This document shows positions 48,816 through 61,449 of a DNA stretch of 64,000 nt, in pieces. The position numbers were made by a program, and so were the translations under genes. The stretch comes from Pristiophorus japonicus (Eukaryota): NCBI RefSeq assembly GCF_044704955.1, contig NW_027251843.1, positions 868,001 through 932,000 of the forward strand. Reading direction: 5' to 3'. The notes under the pieces are model-generated. The model worked only from the letters and a program-made list of their open reading frames with translations. It searched no databases and was not told the DNA's origin. The number at the start of each line of letters is the position of its first letter. Positions within the stretch are counted from its first letter, which is position 1.

Positions 48816-49129
48816 CAGACTCCTCCATCACCCGAGGTGGTGGCTCAGTAGTATACAGTCGGGAGGGAGTGGCCCTGGGAGTCCTCAACATTGACTCCGG
48901 ACCCCATGAAGTCTCATGGCATCAGGTCAAACACGGTCAATGAAACCTCCTGCTGATTACCACCTCCCGCCCTCCCTCAGCTGATGAATCAGTACTCCTC
49001 CATGTTGAACACCACTTGGAAGAAGCACTGAGAGTAGCAAGGGCACAGAATGTACTCTGGGTGGGGGACTTCACTGTCCATCACCAAGAGTGTCTCGGTA
49101 GCACCACTACTGACCGAGCTGGCCGAGAG

Positions 49130-52100
49130 GGGCGATGCTGACATTGCAATCCCAGGTACCGGAGGACTGGAGGACTGCAAACGTGGTACCTTTGTTTAAA
49201 AAGGGAGCAAGGGATAGATCGAGTCACTACAGGTCAGTCAGCCTAACCTCCGGGGAGGGATAGGAGGAATCTTCATTTAACAAAACACGGATTAATCAAG
49301 GACAGTCAGCATGGATTTGTTCAGGGAAGTTCGTGTCTGAATAACTTGATTGAATTTTTTCAGGGGATAACCAGGAGGGTTGATGAGGGCAGTGCATATG
49401 ATGCAGTGTATTTGGATTTTAACAAGGCTTTTGAGAAGGTCCCACATAGCAGACTGGTCACAAAAGTAAAAGCCCATGGGATCCAGGACAAAGTGACAAG
49501 TTGGATCCAAAATTGGTTCAGAGGCAGGAAGCAGAGGGTAATGGTTGATGGGTGTTTTTGTGACTGGCAGGCTGTTTCCAGTGGGGCTCGGCAGGGATCA
49601 GTGCTGGGTCACTGGCTTTTTGTGGTATATATCAGTGATTTAGACTTGAATGTAGGGAGAATGATTACAGATGATACTAAGTTTGCAGATGATACTAAAC
49701 TCGGCTATGGTTGATAATGAAGAAGAAAGCTGTAGACTGCAGGAAGATATCAATGAACTGTACCACAGCATTTTGTAATCTCTCCCCATTTAAATAATAA
49801 TTTTTATTTTTCCTACCAAAGTGGATAATTTCACATTTTCCAACATTATACTCCATCTGCCAAATCTTTGTCCACTCACTCAGCCTGTCTATATCCATTT
49901 GCAGAATCTTTGTGTCTTCCTCACAACTTGCTTTCTCACCTATCTTTGTACATCAGCAAATTTGGTTACATTACACTCGGTCCCTTCATTCAAGTCATTA
50001 ATTTCGGTTGTAAATAGTTGAGGCCCCAGCACTGATCCCTGCGGCACCCCACTAATTACAGTTTGCCAACCTGAAAATGACCCATTTATCCCGACTCTCT
50101 GTTTGCTGTTAGTTAGCCAATCCTCTATCCATGCTAATATATTACCCACAACCCCGTGAGCTCTTATCTTGGGCAGTAACCTTTTATGAGTCGAGGACGG
50201 CAGGTTTCCTTCCCGAAAGAATGTCACTGAACCAATTGGGCTTTTGTGACAATTTGACAGCTTTGTGGTCACTTTTACTGAGACCAGCTTTTTATTTCTA
50301 GAATTTAAAAAAGAGCTGAATTGAAATAGTCAAAGGGCCATGGTGAGATTGTGGGGATTATTAGTGCAGGCCTGTGGAGTGCTCTGCAGCAACATAACCA
50401 CAACACGACTGTACCCACAAGAGGTGTGTGTGCTGCTGGTGCCCGCGATCACAGGGCAATCATCGGCAAAGCAGCCCTGATAACATTCAGCTTTGGCTTT
50501 ACATTGATCATTGTCCTGGATTGGTGCTGGGCACATCTCCTTGGGTTCTGTCCTCGGGTCTGGTGCTCACATTGTGCATACTATGGGGAGGTTGTGAGTG
50601 CATGATGCCACAATCAATGTTTACAATGTTCCTGTCTTGATACATTGAGTATTCCCAACACTTCAAAGTTCTTGCCTTCAGTGTTTAATTAACAGTACGA
50701 TTTCTTCGGATGAGACATTAAACCGAGGGTAGAGAGGATATATGAGGATGTTGCCTGGACTGGAGAATTTTAACTATGAGGAACGATGGGATAGGCTGGG
50801 TTTGTTTTCTTTGGACAGAGGAGGCTGAGGGGAGACTTGATTGCGGTGTATAAAATTATGAGGGGCCTGGAAAGAGTTGGTAGGATGGACCTATTTCTGT
50901 TAGCCAGGCACAAAAATATGACCTGAAATTGCTCTCTCCTACAATAAAATAAGTTTTATTCCCATGAACAAAATCTTCAACAGAGCATGTAACTTTAATT
51001 ATGCTTCAATTCATACTCAAGGAAGCAATGGTCTGTGCTTGAACTCAGGGTTGGAGTTTCTGAATTTCCTCCTCCAGCTCAACAATCAGGGGGCATAGAT
51101 TTAAAGTGATTAGAGGGGACTTGAGGGGAAATTTCTTCACCCAGAGGGTCGTGGGGGTGTGGCCAGGGGCCCAGGGGTAGCACGGGCCAGCCCACACTGC
51201 GATATGTGTGCACACTCGGTCCGTACAGCAGAGCAGGTCTCCAGTCGTCCTGGTTAACCCTTGCCACTGGACCAAGACCTAGCTCTGTCGAGCCCGTGTG
51301 AAGGCTGGTGTGCAACGGTCACCACATGTTAAAAAAAATCCACGCACAAGCATCTTCCACCCTTCAGGATGTAGGTCAGGACCTGGAATATTAGGTCCTT
51401 CATTAGTAGAGGCAGAAACCCTCACCACATTTAAAAAGTACTTGGATGTGCACTTGAAGTTCCGTAACCTGCAGGGCTATGGACCCAGAGCTGGAAAGTG
51501 GATGTGATGGTCTGAAACGGCCTCCTTCTGTGCTGTAAACCTCTGTGATTCTATAATTCTATGATATATCTGCCAGACTGGGCCCAGAGCAGGTGGGGAG
51601 AGAACCAACACGAGGAAAAACCTACTTGACCTCGTCCTCAACAATCTGCCTGTTGTAGATGCATCTGTCCATGATAGAATCATAGAAATTCACAGCACGG
51701 AGGGAATCCGTTTCGACCCACGCCGGCCAACCAAGAGCTATCCAGCCTCATCCCACTTTCCAGCTCTCTGGCCGTAGCCCTGTAACCTCTGCATCCTCTG
51801 CACCCTTTCCAGAGCAATCACATCTTTCTTGTAATGTAATGTGGTGACCAGAACTGCACGCAGTACTCCTGCTGTGGCCTAACCAGTGTTTTATACAGTT
51901 CAAGCATAATGTCCTTGCTCTTGTATTCCATGCCTCGTCTAATAAAGGCAAGTATTCCATCTGCCTTCTTAACCATCTTACCTTCCTGACCTGCTACCAT
52001 CAGGGATCTGTGGACCTGTACTCCAAGGTCCCTTTGTTTCTCTGCACTTTTCAGTGTCGTACCATTTAATGTGTATTCCCTTGCCTTGTTAGCCCTCCCC

Positions 52101-52800
52101 AAATGCATTACCTCACACTACTCCGGATTGAATTCCATTTGCCACTGTTCTGCCCACCTGACCATTTCATTGATATCTTCCTGCAGTCTACAGCTTTCTT
52201 CTTCATTATCAACCACACGGCCAATTTTAGTTTCAATTGCAAAATTCTTGATCATGCCCCTTACATTCAAGTCCAAGTCATTGATATATACCACAAAAAG
52301 CAAGGGACCTAGTACTGAGCCCTGCGGAACCCCACTGGAAACAGCCTTCCAGTCACAAAAACACCCGTTGACCATTACCCTTTGCTTCCTGCCTTTGAAC
52401 CAATTTTGGATCCAACTTGCCACTTTGCCCTGAATCCCATGGGCTTTTACTTTCACGAGCAGTCTGCCATGTGGGACCTTATCAAAAGCCTTGTTAAAAT
52501 CCATACACACTACATCATATGCACTGCCCTCATCAATCCTCCTGGTTACCTCCTCAAAAAATTCACTTTATTCAGACACGATCTTCCCTTAACAAATCCA
52601 TGCTGACTGTCCTTGATTAATCCGTGTTTTGTTAAATGAATATTTATCCTGTCCCTCAGGATTTTTTCCAATAATTTCCCTACCACTGAGGTTAGGCTGA
52701 CTGGCCTGTAATTACTCGGTCTATCCCTTTCTCCCTTTTTAAACAAAGGTACAACATTAGCAGTCCTCCAGTCCTCCGGCACCACACCTGTAGCCAGAGA
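49130..52800. mobile_element. Mosaic of CR1 fragments on both strands with short unique spacers
   Basis: RT motifs in ORFs 49346-49714 (+), 49940-50272 (-), 51818-52108 (-) and 52118-52510 (-). Confidence 0.8.
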
Positions 52801-52814
52801 GGCTCTGCATGCTT

Positions 52815-53800
52815 TCGGGTTTGGGACACATTTCGTCGCCCGGATCTGACTTTTGTACGCCCCCATGGATTGTCTGATTAAGGTTAACGGGTCTTTGACG
52901 GCGTCCCTTCGCTTTGGGAAAGGGGTGTGCCAGGGATGCCCAATGCCTGGCCAGTTATATGTCATCTGCGTGGAGCCTTTCCTGCGCCTCTTGCGGAAGA
53001 GGTTGACGGGACTGGCTCTGTAAGGGCCGGGCGTGGAGGTTGTCCTCTTGGCTTACACTGATGATGTGCTCCTCATGGTCGAGGATCCCATTGACCTACT
53101 GAGGATGCATGAGTGCCAGGAGATTTACTCGGCCGCATCCTCCGCCAAGATCAATTGGGAGAAATGTTCCGGACTCCTGGTCGGTCACTGGCAGATGAAC
53201 TCACTGCCAGAGGAGTCCAGGTCTTTTTCCTGGAGCATGACCCATCTCCTCTATGTGGGAGTCTACCTTAGCCCTGATGAGGAAGCCTGGCTGGTGAACT
53301 GGCAAGAGCTGGAGGACAAAGTTGCCGCTCGCCGAGGGCGCTGGACAGGACTGTTCCAAGTGCTGTCCTACAGGGGTCGAGCACTAGTCATAAACCAGCT
53401 AGTGGCCGCAATGCTGTGGTACCGGCTGGTCACTTTGCCCCCCCCCCCCCCTGCTTTTGTCGCCAAGATACAGAAGAAGCTGGTGGACTTCTTCTGGACA
53501 ACAGGAAGCACTGGGTCTCTGCTGTGGTTCTGAGTCTCCTGTTTAGGGAGGGAGGTCAGGCGTTGGTGTGCGTCAGTACCCAGCATGCGACTTTCCATCT
53601 TCAGATCCTGCAGAGATACCTGTACGTCGAGCCCCTTCCTAGATGGTGTGCGCTGATGACATATTTCTTCCGCCAGCAGTACTGCCTCAATTATGACATG
53701 CAGCTCCTGTTTGTGAGCCTGGGGGCATCAGGAGCACCATGTGGGGCTGCATGTCTTTTACCAGGAACTCATCAGGGTCTGAAACAGTGTTGCCACCAAG
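52815..53800 (+). mobile_element. Tx1-like LINE RT fragment
   Basis: GVCQGCP, AYTDD, KINWEK, YVGVYL and LVDFFW. Confidence 0.85.
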
Positions 53801-55119
53801 CGAGGAGATGCAGAGGGGGTAGAGATGTTCTCTATCCAAGGGAGCGAGGAGGCTGCACCAGACAAACGTTTCAAAGGCAGTGAGACCAGGACCTGAGGAC
53901 CTGGATGCAGTGCCGCCAAATGTTCAATGACCTAACGGAGTGGTCAAGGTCAGCAAATTCATCTTCAAAGTCCGTGTCCCACCAACAGCACCACTAGCCT
54001 CACACGCTGCTCAATGCACCACGCCCCCATCACCCACCTACCAACAAACTCCAGCAATCAGGACTCGTACACAAGAATATAAGGAAAAGGAACAGGAGTG
54101 GGCCGTATGGCCTCTCGAGCTGGTCCACCATTCAATAAGGTAATGGCTGATCTGATCTTGGCCTCAACGCCACATCCCTACCTGTTCCCCACAACCCGTG
54201 ACTCCCCGTAGTTCAAGAATCTGTCTATCTCCATCTTAAATATATTCAATGACCCAGCTTCCACAGCTCTCTGGAATAGAGATTTCCGAAGATTCACGAT
54301 TTTATTTCAGCACTGTGGCCAAGAGGACGCTGTGATGGTCAGTAACAGAGGGACGCTAAGGTGTGGGACTAATGTTGAAAGGGGATTGGGGATGTGGTCA
54401 CTGGGACCACAGGTGGATGATTCGATCCCGGATATCCCGGCCAGAAAGTGGCTGTCTGGGTTGCCTCCTTCCTTCCACTTCCTCCTCCTCCCTTTGCGAG
54501 CAGAAGCTGGAAATCTGAAATAAAGACAGTAAATGCTGGAAATACTCAGCAGGTCAGACAGCAGCTTGAGCTAAAATGTTAATTCTGTCTCTCTCCATGG
54601 ATGCTGCCTGACCTGCTGAGTATTTCCAGCATTCCCGGTCTTTCCAGGGACCTTTCTTTACCACCCAAGGCCTTGAACACGTCCAGCAGCACACCTTGCA
54701 TTCCCTGCACACTGAAAAAATATTTAACATTTATTGCACCAAGCTACTACTTCCATAAAATATATTGTTTAAAACAGACCAGAGCTTAAATGCAAACATA
54801 CCTGAAAGATGTGTGCCCCATTAAGAAGCACCAACAGCATCTGTGCAGGGCTGCTTCACGCCTGCTTTTCTGTGTGTGCTTAGGGCAGGGCCATATGGTG
54901 AGCGCAAACGCCCCACTTAACAGTCATGGCTCGAGCCAGGCATTGGTGTCACCATCTGACAATCCTCATTTTGAGGCGAGTGCTGTCAACGACAGCGGTA
55001 AGGCCCTTACCAAAATGGTGGATGACGTGTCCCGGGCCGCAAGCAAGGCGGCTGCGATTAGTTGAACAAAACCCTCTTATTGGCTGGTGCTTGTCCGGGG
55101 AAATTCTAGGCCAAAGAAT

Positions 55120-58100
55120 CATAAGAACATAAGAAATAGGAGCAGGACTAGGCCATTTGGCCCCTCGAGCCTGCTCTGCCATTCGATAAGATTATGGCTG
55201 ATCTGATAATGGGCTCAGCTCCACTTCCCTGCCTGCTACCCAGAACCCTTTACTGCCTTATCGTTCAAAAATCCGTCTGTCGCCACCTTCAATATATTCA
55301 ATGACCCAGCCTCCACAGCTCTCTGGGGCAGAGAATTGCACAGATTTACAACCCTCAGAGAAGAAATTCCTCCACATCTCAGTTCCAAATGACCGACCCC
55401 TTATACTTAAACTCTGCCCGCTCGTTCTAGGTTCCCCTATGAGTGGAAACATCCTCACTGCATCTATCTTGTCGAGTCCCCTCAGAATCTTATATGTTTC
55501 AATAAGTTCACCTCTCATACTCTTTGGCGTTTACAAGAATATGTGGAACGGGCGTGGAAGTGGAGCTGAGTCCATGATCAGATCAGGCAAGATCTTATTG
55601 AATGGCGGAGGGGCCGTATGTCCTACTCCTGTTCCTATTTCTTATGTTCAGATTAACCTGCTCAACCTCTCTTCATAAGTCAGCCCCTTCATCTCAGGAA
55701 TCAACCTCGTGAACCTTCTCTGAACTGCCTTCAGTGCAAATATATCCCTCCTTACATAAGGAGACCAAAACTGTACACAGTACTCTCGGTCTGGTCTCAC
55801 CAATACCCTGTACAGATGTAGCAGGACTTCCCTGCTTTTATACTCCATCCCCTTGCAATTAAGGCCAACATTCCATTTGCTTCCTGATTACTTGCTGTAT
55901 CTGCATACTAACTTTTTGTGTTTCATACACAAGGGCCCCCAGGTCCCTCTGTACAACAGCATTTTGTAATCTTTCTCCATTTAAATAATAATTTGCTCTT
56001 CTATTTTTTACACTCATTCCGTTCATCCAAGTTATTAATATAGATTGTAAATAGATGAGGCCCCAACACCGATCCCTGTGAAACCCCACTAGTTACTGGT
56101 TGCCGACCAGAAAATGACCCATTTATCTTGACTCTCTGTTTTCTGTTCGTTGGCCAATCCTCTAACCATGCTAATGTATTAGCACCAACCCCGTGTTCTC
56201 TTATCGTGTCCGGTATTCTTTTATGTGGTCCCTTATTGAATCCCTTCTGGAAATCCAAATACACCGCATCCACTTGTTCCCCCATATCCACCCTGCACAT
56301 TACTTCCTCAAAGAACTCCAGCAAATGTGTCAAACATGATTTCCCTTTCATAAGTCCATGCTGACTCTGCTTGACTGAATTATGCTTTTCTAAATGTCAT
56401 ATTACTGCTTTCTTAATAATGGACACCAGCATTTTCCCAACGACAGATGTTAGGCTAACTGGTCTATAGTTTACTGTTTTCTGTCTCCTTCCTTTTTTAA
56501 ATAGGGTCGTTATATTTGCGGTTTTCCAATCTGCTGGGACATCTCCAGAATCCAGGGAACTTTGGTAGATTTACATAGAAACAGAGAAAATAGGTGCAGG
56601 AGTAGGCCATTCAGCCCTTCAAGCCTGCATCACCATTCAATAAGATCATGGCTGATCATTCCCTTAGTACCCCTTTCCTGCTTTCTCTCCATATCCCTTG
56701 ATCCCCTTAGCAGTAAGGGCCATATCTAACTCCCTCTTGAATATACCTAATGAACTGGCATCAACAAACCTCTGCGGCAGGGAATTCCACAGGTTAACAA
56801 CTCTCTGAGTGAAGAAGTTTCTCCTCATCGCAGTCCTAAATGGCCTACCCCTTATCCTAAGACTGTGTCCCCTGGTTCTGGACTTCCCCAACATCGGGAA
56901 CATTCTATCCACATCTAACCTGTCCAGTCTCGTCAGAATTTTATATGTTTCTATGAGATCCCATCTCATCCTTCTAAACTCCAGTGAATACAGGCCCAGT
57001 TGATCCAGTCTCTCCTCATATGTCAGTCCAGCCATCCCGGGAATCAGTCTGATGAACCTTCGCTGCACTCCCTCAATAGCAAGAACGTCCTTCCTCAGAT
57101 TAGGAGACTAAAACTGAACACAATATTCCAGGTGAGGCCCGTGTACAACTGCAGTAAGGCCTCCCTGCTCCTGTACTCCAATCGCCTAGCAATGAAGGCC
57201 AACATACCATTTGCCTTCCTCACCGCCTGCTGTACCTGTATGCCAACTTTCAATGACTGATGAACCATGACACCCAGGTCTCGTTGCACCTCCCCTTTTT
57301 CTAATCTGCCACCATGTCTTCGCGTTTTTACCCCCAAAGTTGATAACCTCACGTTTATCCACATTATACTGCATCTGCCATGCATTTGCCTACTCACCTA
57401 ACCTATCCAATTCACCCTGCAGCCTCCTAGCGTCCCTTTCACAGCTCACACTGCCACCCAGTTTAGTGTCATCTGCAAACTTGGAGATATTACACTCAAT
57501 TCCTTCATCCAAATCATTGATGTATATTGTAAAGAGCTGGGGTCCCAGCACTGAGCCTTGCGACACTCCACTTGTCACTGCCTGCCATTCTGAAAAGGAC
57601 TCATTTATCCCGTCTCTCTGCTTCCTGTCTGCCAACCAGTTCTCTATCCACGTCAGTATATTACCCTCAATACCAAGTGCTTTGATTTTGCACACCAATC
57701 TCCTGTGTGGGATCTAGTCAAAAGCCTTTTGAAAGTCCAAATACACCACATCCACTGGTTCTCCCTTGTCCACTCTCCCAGTTACATCCTCAAAAAATTC
57801 CAGATTTGTCAAGATTTCCCCTTTATAAATCCATACTGACTTGGACCGATCCTGTCACTGCTTTCCAATTGCGCTGCTATTTCATCTTTAATAATTGATT
57901 CCAACATTTTCCCCACTACTGATGTCAGGCTAACCGGTCCATAATTATCCACTTTCTCTCTCCCTCCCTTTTTAAAAAGTGGTGTTACATTAGCTACCCT
58001 CCAGTCCAAAGGAACTGATCCAGAGTCAGTAGACTGTTGGAAAATTATCACAAATGCATTCGCTATTTCTCGGGCCACATCCTTAAGTACTCTGGGATGC

Positions 58101-58335
58101 AGACTATCAAGCACCAGGGATTGATCGGCCTTCAATCCCATCAATTTCCCTCACACAATTTCCCGCCTAATAAGGATATCCTTCAGTTCCTCCTCCTCAC
58201 TAGACCTTCTGATGCATTTCAACCAATGCATCCACTATCTCTGCAGCCACTTCATTTAAGAGCCTAGGATGCAGGCCATGAGGTACAGGGGACTTGTCCA
58301 CCTTTAGTTCCATTATTTTACCGAGTAACTTTTTC
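55120..58335 (-). mobile_element. Nested CR1 fragments
   Basis: [27 protein letters not shown] and RNFFTQRVV; CR1 tails at ~55120 and ~56575. Confidence 0.85.
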
Positions 58336-58454
58336 TCTCGTGATAGTGATTGTTTTCTCACCCAGAACTTCAATACAAACTGTTCTTCAAAAGGGTTCCT
58401 GTTTAAGGATTCACGGATTTTGGGGGAAGGAAGGTCAGGGGTGGGGGTGCAGTA

Positions 58455-58905
58455 GGACATTGGCTGAAAGGTCTGATTCTGTGAGTAGGACTATGTCAAA
58501 CTGGTGCTTGACTAGTCTGTGGGGCAGCTCTCCCACTTTTGGCACAAGTCCCCAGATGTTGGTGAGGAGGACGTTGCAGGGTCAGCACTGAGCCTGGGTC
58601 CGCTGTCCTAGCCGGTCCGAGCTGCTGTTATTCTGCCTGATTGGACGGTTATTATTAGAGACTCAGACCACAGCAGAAATCCCCCGTGCAAAAAAAACTG
58701 AAGAGATTGTCAGATCGGAAGAATGAAACTTCACCCACAGAGGAAGTGAAAGAGGGAGGTTGCCACAGCTGTACGTTTGTTAATGACGTGGGAGAAAACT
58801 GTGAACCGCGCTCACAGCCTAGAATCTTACAGCACAGAAGGAGGCCATTCGGCCCATCGTGCCTGTGCCGGCTCTTTGAAAGATTTACCCAATTAGTCCC
58901 ACTCC
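58455..58905 (-). repeat. Right arm of the inverted duplication (partner 48365-48815)
   Basis: Reverse-complement identity that includes the CR1-tail/unique/LINE junctions; GAGGAAGTGAAA at 58740-58751. Confidence 0.9.
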
Positions 58906-58919
58906 TCCTCACTTTAAGA

Positions 58920-61445
58920 ACATACGAAATAGGAGCGGGAGTAGGCCACACAGCCCCTCGAGCCTGCTCCACCATTTAATACGATCATGGCCAATCCGAT
59001 CATGGACTCAGCTCCACTTCCCTGCCCGCTCCCCATAACCCCTTATTCCCTTATCGGTTATGAAACTGTCTATCTCTGACTTAAATATATTCAATGACCC
59101 AGCCTCCACAGCTCTCTGAGGCAGCAAATTCCACAGGTGTACAACCCTCTGAGAGAAGAAATTCCTCCTCATCTCAGTGTCCTCTACCGTAAAGACTGAT
59201 ACAAAATCTTTGTTCAGAGTTTCTGCCATCTCCATGTTCCTCATCACTAATTCCCTGGTTTTGTCCTCTCAGGGACCATCTTTAGCCACTCTTTTCCTTT
59301 TTATATACTGATAGAAACTCTTGCTATCTGTTTTTATATTTTGTGCTCGTTTACTTTCATCGTCTATCTTCCCTTTCTTAATCATTTTTTTAGTCATTCT
59401 TTGTTGGCTTTTAAAAGCTTCCCAATCTTCTGTCCTTCCACTAGTTTTGGCCACTTTGTATGCCCTTGTTTTTAATTGGATACCGTCCTTTATTTCTTTA
59501 GTTAGCCACGGATGGCTATCTTTTCTTTTGCACCCTTTCCTCCTCACTGGAATATATTTTTCTTGAGAGTTGTGAAATATCTCCTTCATATGTACGCCAC
59601 TGTTCATCAGCCGTCCTACACTTTAATCTATTTTCCCAGTCCATTTTAGCCAACTCTGCACTCATACCTTTGTAGTCTTCTTTATTTCAGCTCAGTACGC
59701 TGGTTAGAGATCCACCTTTCTCACCCTCCATCTGAATTTAAAATTGAACCATGTTATCATCACTCAGTCCAAGGGGATCCTTTACTGGGAGATTGTTTAT
59801 TAATCCTGTCTCATTATACAGGACCAGATCTAAGATAGCTTGCCCCCTGGTTGGTTCCATTACATACTGCTCAAGGAACCCGTCCCTTATGCACTCTATC
59901 AACTCTTCCTCAAGACTACCCTGACCAATTTGATTTATCCAATCAATGTGGAGGTTAAAATCACCCATAATTATTGCTGTTCCATTTTTACAAGCCCCCA
60001 CTATTTCTTGGTTTATTCTCCGACCAACAGAGTTGCTACTGTTAGGGGACCTATAGACTATGCCCACCAGTGACTTTTTCCCCTTATTATTCCTTATCTC
60101 CTCCCAAACAGTTTCAACATCCAGATCATTTGAGCCAATATCATTTCTCACGATTGCAGTAATTCCATCCTTTGTCAACAGAGCTACCCCACCTACTTTA
60201 CCTTTCTGTCTGTCCTTTCCGGATTGTCAAGCACCCCTGAGTATTTAGTTCTCAGTCCTGGTCACCTTGCAACCACGTCTCTGCAATGGCTATCAGATGA
60301 TATTTATTTGTATCTATTTGTGCCATCAACTCAGCTATTTTGTTATTTAGGCAAAGAGCCTTTAAATTTGTTTTTTTATCCTTTTTATCTGCTTGTTTCC
60401 TCTCTCCTTCAAACTCACTTTCCTTATTTTTGCTTTCTAATTCCAGCTTTACTCCCCTCCCTACTGAATCTATTCTCTGGTTCCCATCCCCCTGCCAAGC
60501 TAGTTTAAACCCTCCCCAACAGCACGAGCAAATGCTCCACTCGTAGATATTGGTCCCGGCTCTGTTGAGGGGCAACCCGGTCGGCTTGTACAGGTCCCAA
60601 TGCCTCAGGAAACTAAAGCATCCTGCCTGCACCATCTCTCCAGCCACGCATTCATCTGCTCTATCCTCCTATTTCTGTATTCACTAGCTCATGGCATCGG
60701 GAGTAATCCAGAGATTAGAGAATAATTAGAGATTAAAGATTCTGAGAGAAGAAATTCCTCCTCATCTCAGTTTTAAATGGGCGTCCACTTATTCTAAGAT
60801 TAAGCCCCCTAGTTCTAGTCTCCCTTATCAGTGGAAACATCCTTTCTGCATCCACCTTGCATGGCCCCTCATAATCTTACATGTTTCGATAAGATCACCT
60901 CTCATTCTTCTGAATCCCAATGAGTCGAGGCCTAACCTACTCAACTTTTCTTCAAAAGACAACCCCCCTCATCTCTGGAATCAACCTCGTGAACCTTCTC
61001 TGAACTGCCTCCAAAGCAAGTCTATCCTTTCTTAAATATTGAAGCCAAAACTGCACGCAGTATTCCAGCTATGGCCTCACCAATACCCTGTATAACTGGA
61101 GCAAGACTTCCCTGCTTTTATACTCCATCCCCATTGCAATAATGGCCAAGATTCCATTGGCCTTCCTGATCACTTGCTGTACCTGCATACTATCCTTTTG
61201 TGTTTCATGCACAAGTACCCACAGGTCCCGCTGTACGGCAGCACTTTGCAATTTTTCTCCATTAGAATAATAACTTGTTCTTTGATTTTTTTCTGCCAAT
61301 GTGCATAACCTCACACTTTCCAACATTATACTCGATCTGCCAAATTTTTGCCCACTCACTTTGCCTGTCTATGTCTTTTTGCAGGTTTTTTGTATCCTCA
61401 TCACACATTGCTTTTCCTCCCATCTTTGTATTATCAGCAAACCTG
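58920..61445 (-). mobile_element. CR1 3' half interrupted by a 1.56-kb tail-less CR1 fragment (59179-60740)
   Basis: A 31-bp direct repeat at 59148-59178 and 60741-60771 flanks an ORF1-end/APE fragment. Confidence 0.82.
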
Positions 61446-61449
61446 GCTT

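Noticed and set aside
50330-50640. Hydrophobic ORF as a transmembrane exon
   Set aside because: No recognisable family or convincing splice context.
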